Virus record (IMG/VR): IMGVR_UViG_3300034150_000068 | Span: 1 to 30,677 of that record | Length of the DNA stretch: 30,677 nt | DNA from: a virus | Taxonomy: Duplodnaviria; Caudoviricetes | Strand: one strand, 5' to 3' | Shown here: positions 15,399-23,726 of the stretch, piece after piece | How positions within the stretch are numbered: the first letter of the stretch is position 1 | How the letters are laid out: each line of letters opens with the position of its first letter | The notes under the pieces: generated by a model | Told to the model about the DNA's origin: nothing | The model's input: only the letters and a program-made list of their open reading frames with translations | The model's database searches: none | Position numbers and translations under genes: made by a program

Positions 15399-16949
15399 AT
15401 GGCACTCAGTTGCAAACAGTTCACGGATTACCTGAGCCGGAAGTCCGAACACCTTGACGATAATATCATTCTTTCCATGCACCCGATCGACACTTGGATT
15501 GGGCATGTTTCAATCGGCCGGTTTGCCGCGGAAGATGGCGTCGAACACACTTTCGATCGTTTCGAGAATGTCTTTCCTGATCTGCGCGGAGCCTGGGAGG
15601 ACGTCACTGCCGCAAGCTGCGTAGGCCAGCCCTGCGATCCCTCGAGCACCAAGATCGGCTTGGGTTTCACCCGGGACAGCTACAAGCTGCAGCGCAAATC
15701 ATACGAAACCGATCTGTTCTGTTTCGATCAGATCCTTTCGGCCGATCGCGCCAAGCAGCAGTTTGCGCACGTCATTCGAGTGAACCGGCGCGCCTCCTCG
15801 CTGATCACCTCGCATCGGTTCCGGACTGAAGCCATTCGGATCGCCAAATACAAATGGGCGACGGCAAACAACACGCTGGTACCGATTACTGCGACCTGGG
15901 ACACCACGATGACGTTCCTTACGATCTCAACGCTGCCGACCAGCAAGATCACCGCTCGCCACCTGCAGCGGCGCGTCCAGCCACAGATCCGCGAGGGCGC
16001 CCTCTCTGAGGACATCAATCGCTCCGTGCAACCCATGCTCGAGTTTGTAACGGACATGGATGAAGTCTGGAACATGGTTGAGGGCAACCCTGAGCTCACT
16101 GACCATTGGCGCTTTACCGACTTTGTTGACGCGGAGAAGTACCATAAGTACGGCTGGGTCGGGAAGCTGGGCAATTACGGCTTGCGAGCCGATTGGACTT
16201 CGCTCCGGTTCAACCTCTACGCGCAGAACGCGGACGGCAGCGCCGTGCTGCAGATCGTTTATCCGTATACCAACGTGGCGGCGACTGAGGGCATTAAAGA
16301 AGTGGTCAATAGCGACTACGATAACGCCTACATACAGGCGGATTTCATCTGGCACCGCAAGGCGATGACTTCGATGGTTCGCGATACCACCGCGATTAAT
16401 CCGGAGATGCCTTTCGCGATGCGCGACTTTGCCGGCAAGTGGCAATTCGTGATGGATAACCTCACTTGCGGCACGGACGTAAACGGAAACCCCATCGCCG
16501 TTGACAACGCCCGACGCAACAAGGGTAAATTCATCGCTGACTGGTCCTTTGCGACTCAGGCGGAATACCCCGAACTGGCGGAAGTGTTCTTCCACCTGCG
16601 CGAGCCTGCTTGCGTTGTGGACGTGCCGAACTGCGCCAGCAACCCGGGCTATCCGGCTCAGAGCTACTCGAGCGCCAACGCTCCGTGCCCTTCGAGCAAT
16701 ACCACGCTCACGTTTACCCCGGCTTTGAGCGGCTCTGGTGACTACGACATTCCGCAGGACTCGATCCTGTGTAACGGGTTGAACATCTTCAATCCGCGCA
16801 TTAGCGGCGTCACAACTCTTGCAACCCTGGTTGCTTCGCTGAATACGAATCTCTCAGCGATGGGCACCTGGGCCGTTGCCACCGCGACCACGATCACCCT
16901 CACCGGCGCGGTTTGTACCAGCGTGAACATCCCCTGGACGATCGACTAA
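15399..16949 (+). CDS. Major capsid protein with S/T-rich C-terminal extension
   Basis: 516 aa, downstream of scaffold and groES, preceded by its own putative promoter and leader, followed by strong hairpins. Identification rests mostly on synteny. Confidence 0.75.
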   Translation: MALSCKQFTDYLSRKSEHLDDNIILSMHPIDTWIGHVSIGRFAAEDGVEHTFDRFENVFPDLRGAWEDVTAASCVGQPCDPSSTKIGLGFTRDSYKLQRKSYETDLFCFDQILSADRAKQQFAHVIRVNRRASSLITSHRFRTEAIRIAKYKWATANNTLVPITATWDTTMTFLTISTLPTSKITARHLQRRVQPQIREGALSEDINRSVQPMLEFVTDMDEVWNMVEGNPELTDHWRFTDFVDAEKYHKYGWVGKLGNYGLRADWTSLRFNLYAQNADGSAVLQIVYPYTNVAATEGIKEVVNSDYDNAYIQADFIWHRKAMTSMVRDTTAINPEMPFAMRDFAGKWQFVMDNLTCGTDVNGNPIAVDNARRNKGKFIADWSFATQAEYPELAEVFFHLREPACVVDVPNCASNPGYPAQSYSSANAPCPSSNTTLTFTPALSGSGDYDIPQDSILCNGLNIFNPRISGVTTLATLVASLNTNLSAMGTWAVATATTITLTGAVCTSVNIPWTID

Positions 16950-16952
16950 ACG

Positions 16953-17046
16953 CTTTCCCCCTGGTGGCGATAAGAGCGCGCCTCTCAGGGGGGAAATTCG
17001 GGTTGGAGTGGTGCGGCTCCCCTTACTCGGGAAGTGGGGGAGCCGC
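16953..17046 (+). other. Two GC-rich stem-loops after the capsid gene
   Basis: TTTCCCCCTG...CAGGGGGGAAA (16953-16996) and GCGGCTCCCC...GGGGAGCCGC (17013-17046). No U-tract. Confidence 0.7.
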
Positions 17047-17068
17047 CTCCTCTGAAAGATAAATCGAT

Positions 17069-17413
17069 ATGCCAAAAGAAATGATGCCGGATGAGGGGGA
17101 CATGGACTCGCTGTATGGCGAGGACGCTGCCTCCGGAGGCAAAGGCAAGAGCCCCGAAACCATCGACGAAAAGGAGCAGGAAGAGAATGCCGACACGGAT
17201 ATTCTCAAAACCAAAGTGCTTCAATCCGGACCGGAGGACAAAGTAGCGCCTGGGGATGAGCGCGTTGTGAAAGTCCTCGAGGTTTACGGCGAAACCTGCA
17301 AGGTGATGTACGCCCCCAAAGAGGAGGAGTCGCCCAAAGAAGAGCATTCTCCGGATGAAGAGATCGATCAAATGAGCGCGGCGCACGATTCGGCAGGCGG
17401 CGCGCAGTACTGA
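17069..17413 (+). CDS. Acidic hypothetical protein
   Basis: 114-aa D/E-rich ORF in operon context. Confidence 0.7.
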   Translation: MPKEMMPDEGDMDSLYGEDAASGGKGKSPETIDEKEQEENADTDILKTKVLQSGPEDKVAPGDERVVKVLEVYGETCKVMYAPKEEESPKEEHSPDEEIDQMSAAHDSAGGAQY

Positions 17414-17440
17414 GTTAATCCGAAAAACCCAAGAACAAAT

Positions 17441-17818
17441 ATGAGTCTTGCAAACTGTTACCTGAGCACACTCCAGACGGCCGCAAAGTGCTACGACTGT
17501 CTGAGCGCCACTGAAAAGCAGGCGTTAAAAGTGAGGTTCATGGCGGAACTGTATAAAAAGGTCACTGGCACAGACCTGACAAACATCAATGTCCTCAAGC
17601 GTACCGTTGCCTGCCTGGGCTGTGAGCCTGATTTCACCCTGGGATCAATGGAGGTGGCTCTTTGGAAGAATGCGGCCGAAGTGGCAGGAGCTTCCATCCC
17701 GGCGACTATCCAGGGGCAGCGCGCTTTGATCTCCTGCGTCCCTTGCGGAGAACAGAAATGGGCTCGAGCGGCAGAGGTGTATCTGCTCTGCCAACTCAGC
17801 CGGCGCACCATCAGCTAA
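17441..17818 (+). CDS. Cys-rich helical-repeat protein (putative virion protein)
   Basis: Three CxxC repeats (CYDCL, CLGCE, CVPCG) like those at the N-terminus of the next gene. Confidence 0.75.
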   Translation: MSLANCYLSTLQTAAKCYDCLSATEKQALKVRFMAELYKKVTGTDLTNINVLKRTVACLGCEPDFTLGSMEVALWKNAAEVAGASIPATIQGQRALISCVPCGEQKWARAAEVYLLCQLSRRTIS

Positions 17819-17827
17819 GGTTAGCCC

Positions 17828-20308
17828 ATGGCTACCTGCTCGCCTCAGGCTTTGCCTCGAGAGTCGACGTGCTTCCATTGCATCCCTCCGGATGCGAAGG
17901 GCGCACTCAATCTCTACCTGTTAAACACCCTGGGCGGCTCTTTCACGGCGCGGCAACTCTCTGAAGGTGCCGCGCTTTTTCGTCCCCTCAATAAAAAGCA
18001 GGCGCTGGCTGCCAAGGTCTTTCTTTTGGCGAGCATAAACTCCCTGGCGACCAATCCGGCCGCGCTGCAGGCTCTAGCTGCTTGCTGGCAGTGCATCCCC
18101 CCAAGCACGCGATTGGATGTTGAAACATTCCTTTACGCGACTGCAGCCGGCCAAACCAATCCCCAGTTAGCCACACGCCAGATCGGGCCTTACAAATCGC
18201 TGTGTCCGATTCGCGATGAAGTAGAAATCTTCCTGCTTAACAATATCCAGGGAGGGCTCTCGCTTAACGCGATCACCTCCGGATCCGCCTGTTTGATGTG
18301 CCTGGGAATGGGCCGACTCGAGGAGATTTACCTTTACCTGCTCTGCCGGGGCACGGCTGGCAGGCTCACCCCTCCGGGCGTTTCGTGCGGCACCCCCACT
18401 TTCTATATTTCAGTGTTAGGCGCCGGGGACAATGAGGCAAATGGGGGGTATTCGAGTGTCAACGGGATCACCTACACAAACAACGCGGGTAACGGGTACA
18501 TCCTCAAGGTTAACGGGGGCATGAATGCCCAAATCCTTCATAACGGAGTAGTCCTGTATCAAGTTACCGCCCCCGATTTTGTTCCATGTGGAACATGGAC
18601 CGTAGTTAACGGCACCGGTCCGGCGCCAGCGGTAGGTTATACGACTCAAGGCGGAGTCATCGCTGCAACCTGGGCTCAGCGCGTAGTGCACAACGGCGGA
18701 GCGGTCCCTGGCACTCCGGTCATTGTGGCCAATCAGGTTTTCGTCGACGCCCTGATCTCGGCAAACATTTGGTCCAAGATGCTTTGCATCAATACGATTG
18801 CCCCCAGCAACCTAATTGCTTCCAAGACACCCCTCTTTGTTGGGCCTGGATTGGATCCCTGGGTGGATGTCGGCGCATCCAATTTCGTAGCGGCGGATCT
18901 CTCCCTTGGGGGACTCAAGTGTGACGGCACCAAAGCGCTCAACACTGGTATTGTTGGAACGGTTTTCGGTTTCGCAAATGCCGGCCTGACCATCGTTGCG
19001 ACGATGATCAACCCGAATAACGGGTTGCGGTATGACATGGGCTACCTCAATTCGGGAGATCAAAGCTACATGTTTATTGCCGCGGCTCAGACGCAGGTGG
19101 GCTCAGTTGGTCACTCGGCCGGATCCTCCTTTTCTACCGGACTTGTGACAAATACCGGTGCCGCATACCTTTACGCTGGGTATCTAAGCTGGAACCGGAC
19201 GTCCGCGACGCTGGCAAACCTCTATTACGCGAACAATGATGTCCCTCACGCGTCGATCGGCACGAACACCAATAATCAGGTTTTAGGCATCCGCGCAGCA
19301 CCCCTCTATTTTGGCGCCGTTGCTGATTCTCTTGGTGGCGCTATCCCTTACTACAGCAAGAACGGGCTGAGTTTTGCGGCGATGCACGACTCTCTCACAG
19401 CGGCAGAGTCACAGGCATTTTTCAACGCGATCAACACACTGCGAACCTCCTACGGAGGCGGGTACGGAGACATCGGCGCTTCCTACGCAGACGATTGGAG
19501 TAGGCGGGTAGTCGCGGCAGGCGGAGCCGCCCCTGGCACGGCCAGCAAGCTCGCGCTGCATAATCTTGCCACAAGTCTTTGGAGCGCCGGACTCCTGCCT
19601 CAGATCGTGGCCTTGGTAGGATTGCCAAATGACAGCCTGATTGCAGCGATTACGCCGATCATCTATCAAGGCGCTGGTAACGCCTCATGGACCAATAACA
19701 ACTTTGTCCTGGCGGATTTGACCGTGAACGGGTTGCTGGGCGCGGCGACTAAATACCTCGCTACCGGGATCATACCCTCAGCCGCTGGAATGGTCGGCGA
19801 TTCGCCAGCCATGACCAGCAACAGCGCGGGCCTGTTCATCTATTCGCACACTGACAGTTCTGCAGGTGTCCAGCATGACATTGCGGTTTATGGGGGTGCC
19901 TTCCATTCGTTCTTTGGCCTGCTGAGCCACTACAATGCCACGCTGTGCGATGGCGGTATCTGGCGCTACGACGGCAACGATTACCTGACCCCCGCGACAC
20001 CGATCCCCGCGCCTGGGTTCTATTCTTTGCAGCGCACGGCTGCCAACGCGATTGCTTTGTATTTCGCCAACTCGAGCACGGCTCACGCCGCAATTGCCAG
20101 CAACGCCGGAGCCATGGCCGGAGCCATCGAACCGACGCAAGCCGTATTCGCGTTTGGAGCCAATAACAACGGCGGAGGGATGGTCCAGCCGACGTTAAAG
20201 CGGCTCTCCATCGTTGGGCTTAGTACCGGCTTAAGCGCCGCAGATGATGCCGCACTCTACGCCGCGCTGCAGGCTTACCGGACAGCCTTAGGGGGCGGAT
20301 TTATCTGA
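17828..20308 (+). CDS. Putative fibre/adhesin with CxxC repeats and two tandem beta-rich (LamG/lectin-like) domains
   Basis: Internal duplication: AATWAQRVVHNGGAVPGT...INTLRTSYGGGY versus ADDWSRRVVAAGGAAPGT...LQAYRTALGGGF. G/A/T/N-rich composition. Confidence 0.7.
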   Translation: MATCSPQALPRESTCFHCIPPDAKGALNLYLLNTLGGSFTARQLSEGAALFRPLNKKQALAAKVFLLASINSLATNPAALQALAACWQCIPPSTRLDVETFLYATAAGQTNPQLATRQIGPYKSLCPIRDEVEIFLLNNIQGGLSLNAITSGSACLMCLGMGRLEEIYLYLLCRGTAGRLTPPGVSCGTPTFYISVLGAGDNEANGGYSSVNGITYTNNAGNGYILKVNGGMNAQILHNGVVLYQVTAPDFVPCGTWTVVNGTGPAPAVGYTTQGGVIAATWAQRVVHNGGAVPGTPVIVANQVFVDALISANIWSKMLCINTIAPSNLIASKTPLFVGPGLDPWVDVGASNFVAADLSLGGLKCDGTKALNTGIVGTVFGFANAGLTIVATMINPNNGLRYDMGYLNSGDQSYMFIAAAQTQVGSVGHSAGSSFSTGLVTNTGAAYLYAGYLSWNRTSATLANLYYANNDVPHASIGTNTNNQVLGIRAAPLYFGAVADSLGGAIPYYSKNGLSFAAMHDSLTAAESQAFFNAINTLRTSYGGGYGDIGASYADDWSRRVVAAGGAAPGTASKLALHNLATSLWSAGLLPQIVALVGLPNDSLIAAITPIIYQGAGNASWTNNNFVLADLTVNGLLGAATKYLATGIIPSAAGMVGDSPAMTSNSAGLFIYSHTDSSAGVQHDIAVYGGAFHSFFGLLSHYNATLCDGGIWRYDGNDYLTPATPIPAPGFYSLQRTAANAIALYFANSSTAHAAIASNAGAMAGAIEPTQAVFAFGANNNGGGMVQPTLKRLSIVGLSTGLSAADDAALYAALQAYRTALGGGFI

Positions 20309-20400
20309 AATCATTTGCCGTGAATTTTAGCGCCGTCTACGGATTTGTATAAGGTCAATACCCGATAGGGACAAAATCAGAATGAGGGCGACAGTTACAA

Positions 20401-20493
20401 ATGAACCAGTGGCGCAACGAAATGAGGGCGCTGACCTTCTGGCTCCGTTTGGGAGCCATCGGGCTCGCCTTTTTATTCATGCTATTGCCTTAA
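20401..20493 (+). CDS. Small hydrophobic peptide (30 aa)
   Basis: MNQWRNEMRALTFWLRLGAIGLAFLFMLLP, one TM-like segment at the start of the membrane-gene cluster. Confidence 0.4.
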   Translation: MNQWRNEMRALTFWLRLGAIGLAFLFMLLP

Positions 20494-20514
20494 GCCTCCC
20501 TTACTCTCGCGCCC

Positions 20515-20811
20515 ATGATTACTGAGCGCACAAGGGAGGCACGGGAATGGGCAACATTCTTTCTGTCATTGCTGACACTGGTCGGCTTTCCTTGCGGATA
20601 TCTCGTTCTTCAAAACCAACGGCTGGAAACTCGAGATGAGATGCGCCGCGGGTACGTTTCGATAGACGTCTATCATAATGACCTTGCGCGCCGGGATGCG
20701 GAAATTGCTCGCCGGGACGCAGATAACGCGGTAATCAGCGCCAAGATCGATCGCCTAACTATTTCTGTTGCCCGTTTAACAGACGCAGTGAAGTTGAAGG
20801 ATCCGCCATGA
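20515..20811 (+). CDS. Membrane protein (one TM segment plus coiled coil), holin/anti-holin-like
   Basis: Hydrophobic segment WATFFLSLLTLVGFPCGYLVL followed by a heptad-like C-terminus. Confidence 0.6.
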   Translation: MITERTREAREWATFFLSLLTLVGFPCGYLVLQNQRLETRDEMRRGYVSIDVYHNDLARRDAEIARRDADNAVISAKIDRLTISVARLTDAVKLKDPP

Positions 20812-20892
20812 GCCCAGCAGCAGCCGCGCTCCTGATAGGTGCGGTTGCCCTATGGCTGATCGATATGGGGATCGCTGCATGGAAAACCGTGA

Positions 20893-21231
20893 ATGAAAGA
20901 CTTGATGAGAGCAACCTCAGCGGGGATCATCGCTTACCGGATCGCGATACTTTACGGCTGCCTTTTCTCCGCCAACTCCCTCCTCGATGCGTTCATAATC
21001 GGGTTTCTGAATGTGAGTTGGGGGCAATTGGACACTACGAGCAAGGCGCTTTTGATAGCAGCGATTGCCAAAAATTGGACAAGCACGATGCTGGCTTACT
21101 GCTCCAAAGCAGTCGCTAACGCGGCTCGCGGGAGGCTCCCGATGGCTTTGGACACTGGCGACACCCGGGAATTTTCCTTGCGGCAAACGACAATCACGGC
21201 GCAGACTCCGGCAGAAACGAAAAAACCATGA
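20893..21231 (+). CDS. Membrane protein, holin-like
   Basis: Two hydrophobic segments. Its stop overlaps the next ATG (ATGA 21228). Confidence 0.55.
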   Translation: MKDLMRATSAGIIAYRIAILYGCLFSANSLLDAFIIGFLNVSWGQLDTTSKALLIAAIAKNWTSTMLAYCSKAVANAARGRLPMALDTGDTREFSLRQTTITAQTPAETKKP

Positions 21232-21674
21232 GAACACTCAAAAATGCAAGTTACGCGATCGCGCTCCTGGCAATCGTTGCCATTCTCGCCACCCCTTTGA
21301 TCCCTGGCTGCGCCACGCTCGATCCCAATGCTGATCCCTTTGTTGTGCGGACTGAGCAGGTTCAAAAGCAGGCTGATGCTACCTTTGATTTCCTCCTGGG
21401 AGTGGATAACGCCGATCGCGGTTTCTGGCGCACCAACGCACCCGCCTTTCACAATTTCTGCGAGTACCTCCGCACACCGATCCCGGTATCTCCAACGCAC
21501 AACTCCCCTCGAATCCTGGCGATTGAGCGCAACGTGCAAGATCTCAAGGTTCAGTACAAAGACAACCGGAGCGCCGGCAACTCCAACCTGCTCTATCAGA
21601 TAAGCTCTGAACTGAGGCTCTTGGTACTGCAGGGCAACTCATGGTCTAACATCGTTTCAACTCCTAACCGCTAA
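21228..21674 (+). CDS. Predicted lipoprotein
   Basis: Basic N-terminus, hydrophobic core, lipobox-like LIPG-C. Confidence 0.7.
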   Translation: MRTLKNASYAIALLAIVAILATPLIPGCATLDPNADPFVVRTEQVQKQADATFDFLLGVDNADRGFWRTNAPAFHNFCEYLRTPIPVSPTHNSPRILAIERNVQDLKVQYKDNRSAGNSNLLYQISSELRLLVLQGNSWSNIVSTPNR

Positions 21675-21680
21675 TTGTTT

Positions 21681-21896
21681 ATGGAAGCTGCAGGCTTAAT
21701 CCAAATTGGACTCCAAGTGCTCCCGTTGGTGACAACCGGAGTCACTGAGTTTATTGCATGGCTCGAGGCTCTACGCACCAACCTGAGACAATCAGGGGAA
21801 TGGACTCCGGAGCAGGATGCCGCTTTTACTGCAGCGCTGGCGGCAAAAGAAAACGATCCCCGTTACCAGCAAGATCCGCCGCCTCCTGCCGCCTAA
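21681..21896 (+). CDS. Small hypothetical protein
   Basis: ATG 6 nt after the previous stop. Amphipathic helical sequence. Confidence 0.65.
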   Translation: MEAAGLIQIGLQVLPLVTTGVTEFIAWLEALRTNLRQSGEWTPEQDAAFTAALAAKENDPRYQQDPPPPAA

Positions 21897-21922
21897 TTGC
21901 TTCCCGGCAACCATAATGACGC

Positions 21923-23722
21923 ATGGCAAAAACTACCGTCCTTACGGATGGTTCATTTGATTTCAGCGCCGGAGTTGACTCGAGCCTCGTTACCACGATT
22001 CGATCAGAGGTGATCCCTCACGGGTTGCGGCGCGATCAACTCGCTTGGCTGATCAATGGCAGCGTGCGGGACGGCACAATCCTGCAGCGGACCGGGATAG
22101 TTCAAGCTGTCCAGCGAGTGACGGCGACGGGGCTTTATCAGGGCGGTTGGATGTATGATCCGATCAATCAAAACCCATGGCTAATCCTGCTCATCTCCGG
22201 ACGGGTTTACAAAGTCCTCCTGGAGGCACCGTTCACCGTTACAGATCTCTCAGCCACTTACGGTCAAGTGCACCCCGCGACCGTCGATCAAGCCTTCTTC
22301 TGCCAAGGTGAGCAGTTCCTCGTAATCCAAGCTGGGGATGGTGTAACCCTCCCGATTTTCTACGATGGCGTCGGGCTGCGGCGGAGCAATGGCATCATTG
22401 CCGCAGGCAACCCAAACAACGAGCTTCCGGCCGCGTTCATGATGGTTTATTACGCGCAACGGATCTGGTACGCGCAAGGCAGGGTTTACGCAGCCGGGGA
22501 TATCGTCGACGGGCCCTCAGGCACGCCGGCTTACAATCGTCTCGATTCGATTTTGCACGTTACAGAGAACCCCTTGGCCAGCGGGGGTGACGGCTTTCGG
22601 GTGCCGACTACGGCCGGGACTATTCGCGCTCTGGCCTATTCGGCGAACCTCGATACCACTTTAGGCCAGGGCCCCCTCTTCGTCTTCACGCGCAAGCAGG
22701 TTTATGCGCTCTCTGTGCCTACCACTCGAGCGGACTGGATCGCCGCGACGTCCGCAAATCAGCCCCTGCAGACAGTTGCGCAGTATAACAACGGCGCCGT
22801 GAGCGATCGCGGGATCACACACGTTAACGGGGACTTGTTTTATCAGTCACTCGATCCGGCGATCCGCTCGTTCTTCCTGGCGATCCGCTACTTTAAGCAG
22901 TGGGGAAACAAGAGCACCTCCAACAATATCCAGAGGGCATTGCAGGCGACCAATCGAGCGCTCATGCGGTTTTCCAGTGGCATCTATTTCGATAACCGGA
23001 TGCTGCAGCTAATCCTCCCTGAGCAAAGCCCTCGAGGTGTGGTCCATAAGTGCATTGCTGCCCTGGATTACGACATAATCTCTTCACTTCAGGCCAATGA
23101 GAACGATCAGCCGGCCTGGGATGGAGTTTGGGACGGGCTTGATCACCTTCAGATATTCGCTGGCGATTTCGGCGGGCTTGAGCGCGGGTTTTCCGTGAAC
23201 GTTTCGAGGGTTGATCAGTCCATCCAAGTTTGGGAGCTCACTACCTCTTCCCGCACTGATTTTACTCCTGTAATCGGCAACGATGCGCATCGGGTTTCGT
23301 GGGTTGTGGAAACGCCAGCGTTTACCTGGGGTAAGGAATTTGAGCTCAAAGAGCTCTGCGGCGGAGAGATCTGGTATGACAAGATTTTTGGCACGGTCCA
23401 GATCACGATCGATTACCGGCCGGATGCTGATCCGTGCTGGCATCCTTGGTTCATTACTACGCTTTGCGCGGCGCGAAATTGTGAGGAAGATGCGAGCAAC
23501 CCGAATTGCTATCCACCTCCAAACTACCGGGAGGGTTACAAGTGGACAGTGGAACTGCCCAAGCCAGCGCCCGTCTGCGCTCCCGGCCAGAATCGCCCGA
23601 CGACGATCGCGTATCAGCATCAAATGAGGCTCACCATCAAAGGCTGGTGCCGAATCCGCGGGTTTGTGCTGTATGCAGAGCCGAAAGAGAAAGCGCTCTA
23701 CAACGGGTTAAATTGCCCGTAA
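21923..23722 (+). CDS. Tail nozzle / DNA-stabilisation protein (P22 gp10 / T7 gp12-like)
   Basis: 599-aa beta-rich protein. N-terminal DFSAGVDS...LINGSVRDGTILQRTG and C-terminal WVVETPAF...QMRLTIKG patterns are typical of podovirus nozzle proteins; synteny agrees. Confidence 0.72.
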   Translation: MAKTTVLTDGSFDFSAGVDSSLVTTIRSEVIPHGLRRDQLAWLINGSVRDGTILQRTGIVQAVQRVTATGLYQGGWMYDPINQNPWLILLISGRVYKVLLEAPFTVTDLSATYGQVHPATVDQAFFCQGEQFLVIQAGDGVTLPIFYDGVGLRRSNGIIAAGNPNNELPAAFMMVYYAQRIWYAQGRVYAAGDIVDGPSGTPAYNRLDSILHVTENPLASGGDGFRVPTTAGTIRALAYSANLDTTLGQGPLFVFTRKQVYALSVPTTRADWIAATSANQPLQTVAQYNNGAVSDRGITHVNGDLFYQSLDPAIRSFFLAIRYFKQWGNKSTSNNIQRALQATNRALMRFSSGIYFDNRMLQLILPEQSPRGVVHKCIAALDYDIISSLQANENDQPAWDGVWDGLDHLQIFAGDFGGLERGFSVNVSRVDQSIQVWELTTSSRTDFTPVIGNDAHRVSWVVETPAFTWGKEFELKELCGGEIWYDKIFGTVQITIDYRPDADPCWHPWFITTLCAARNCEEDASNPNCYPPPNYREGYKWTVELPKPAPVCAPGQNRPTTIAYQHQMRLTIKGWCRIRGFVLYAEPKEKALYNGLNCP

Positions 23723-23726
23723 CGCT

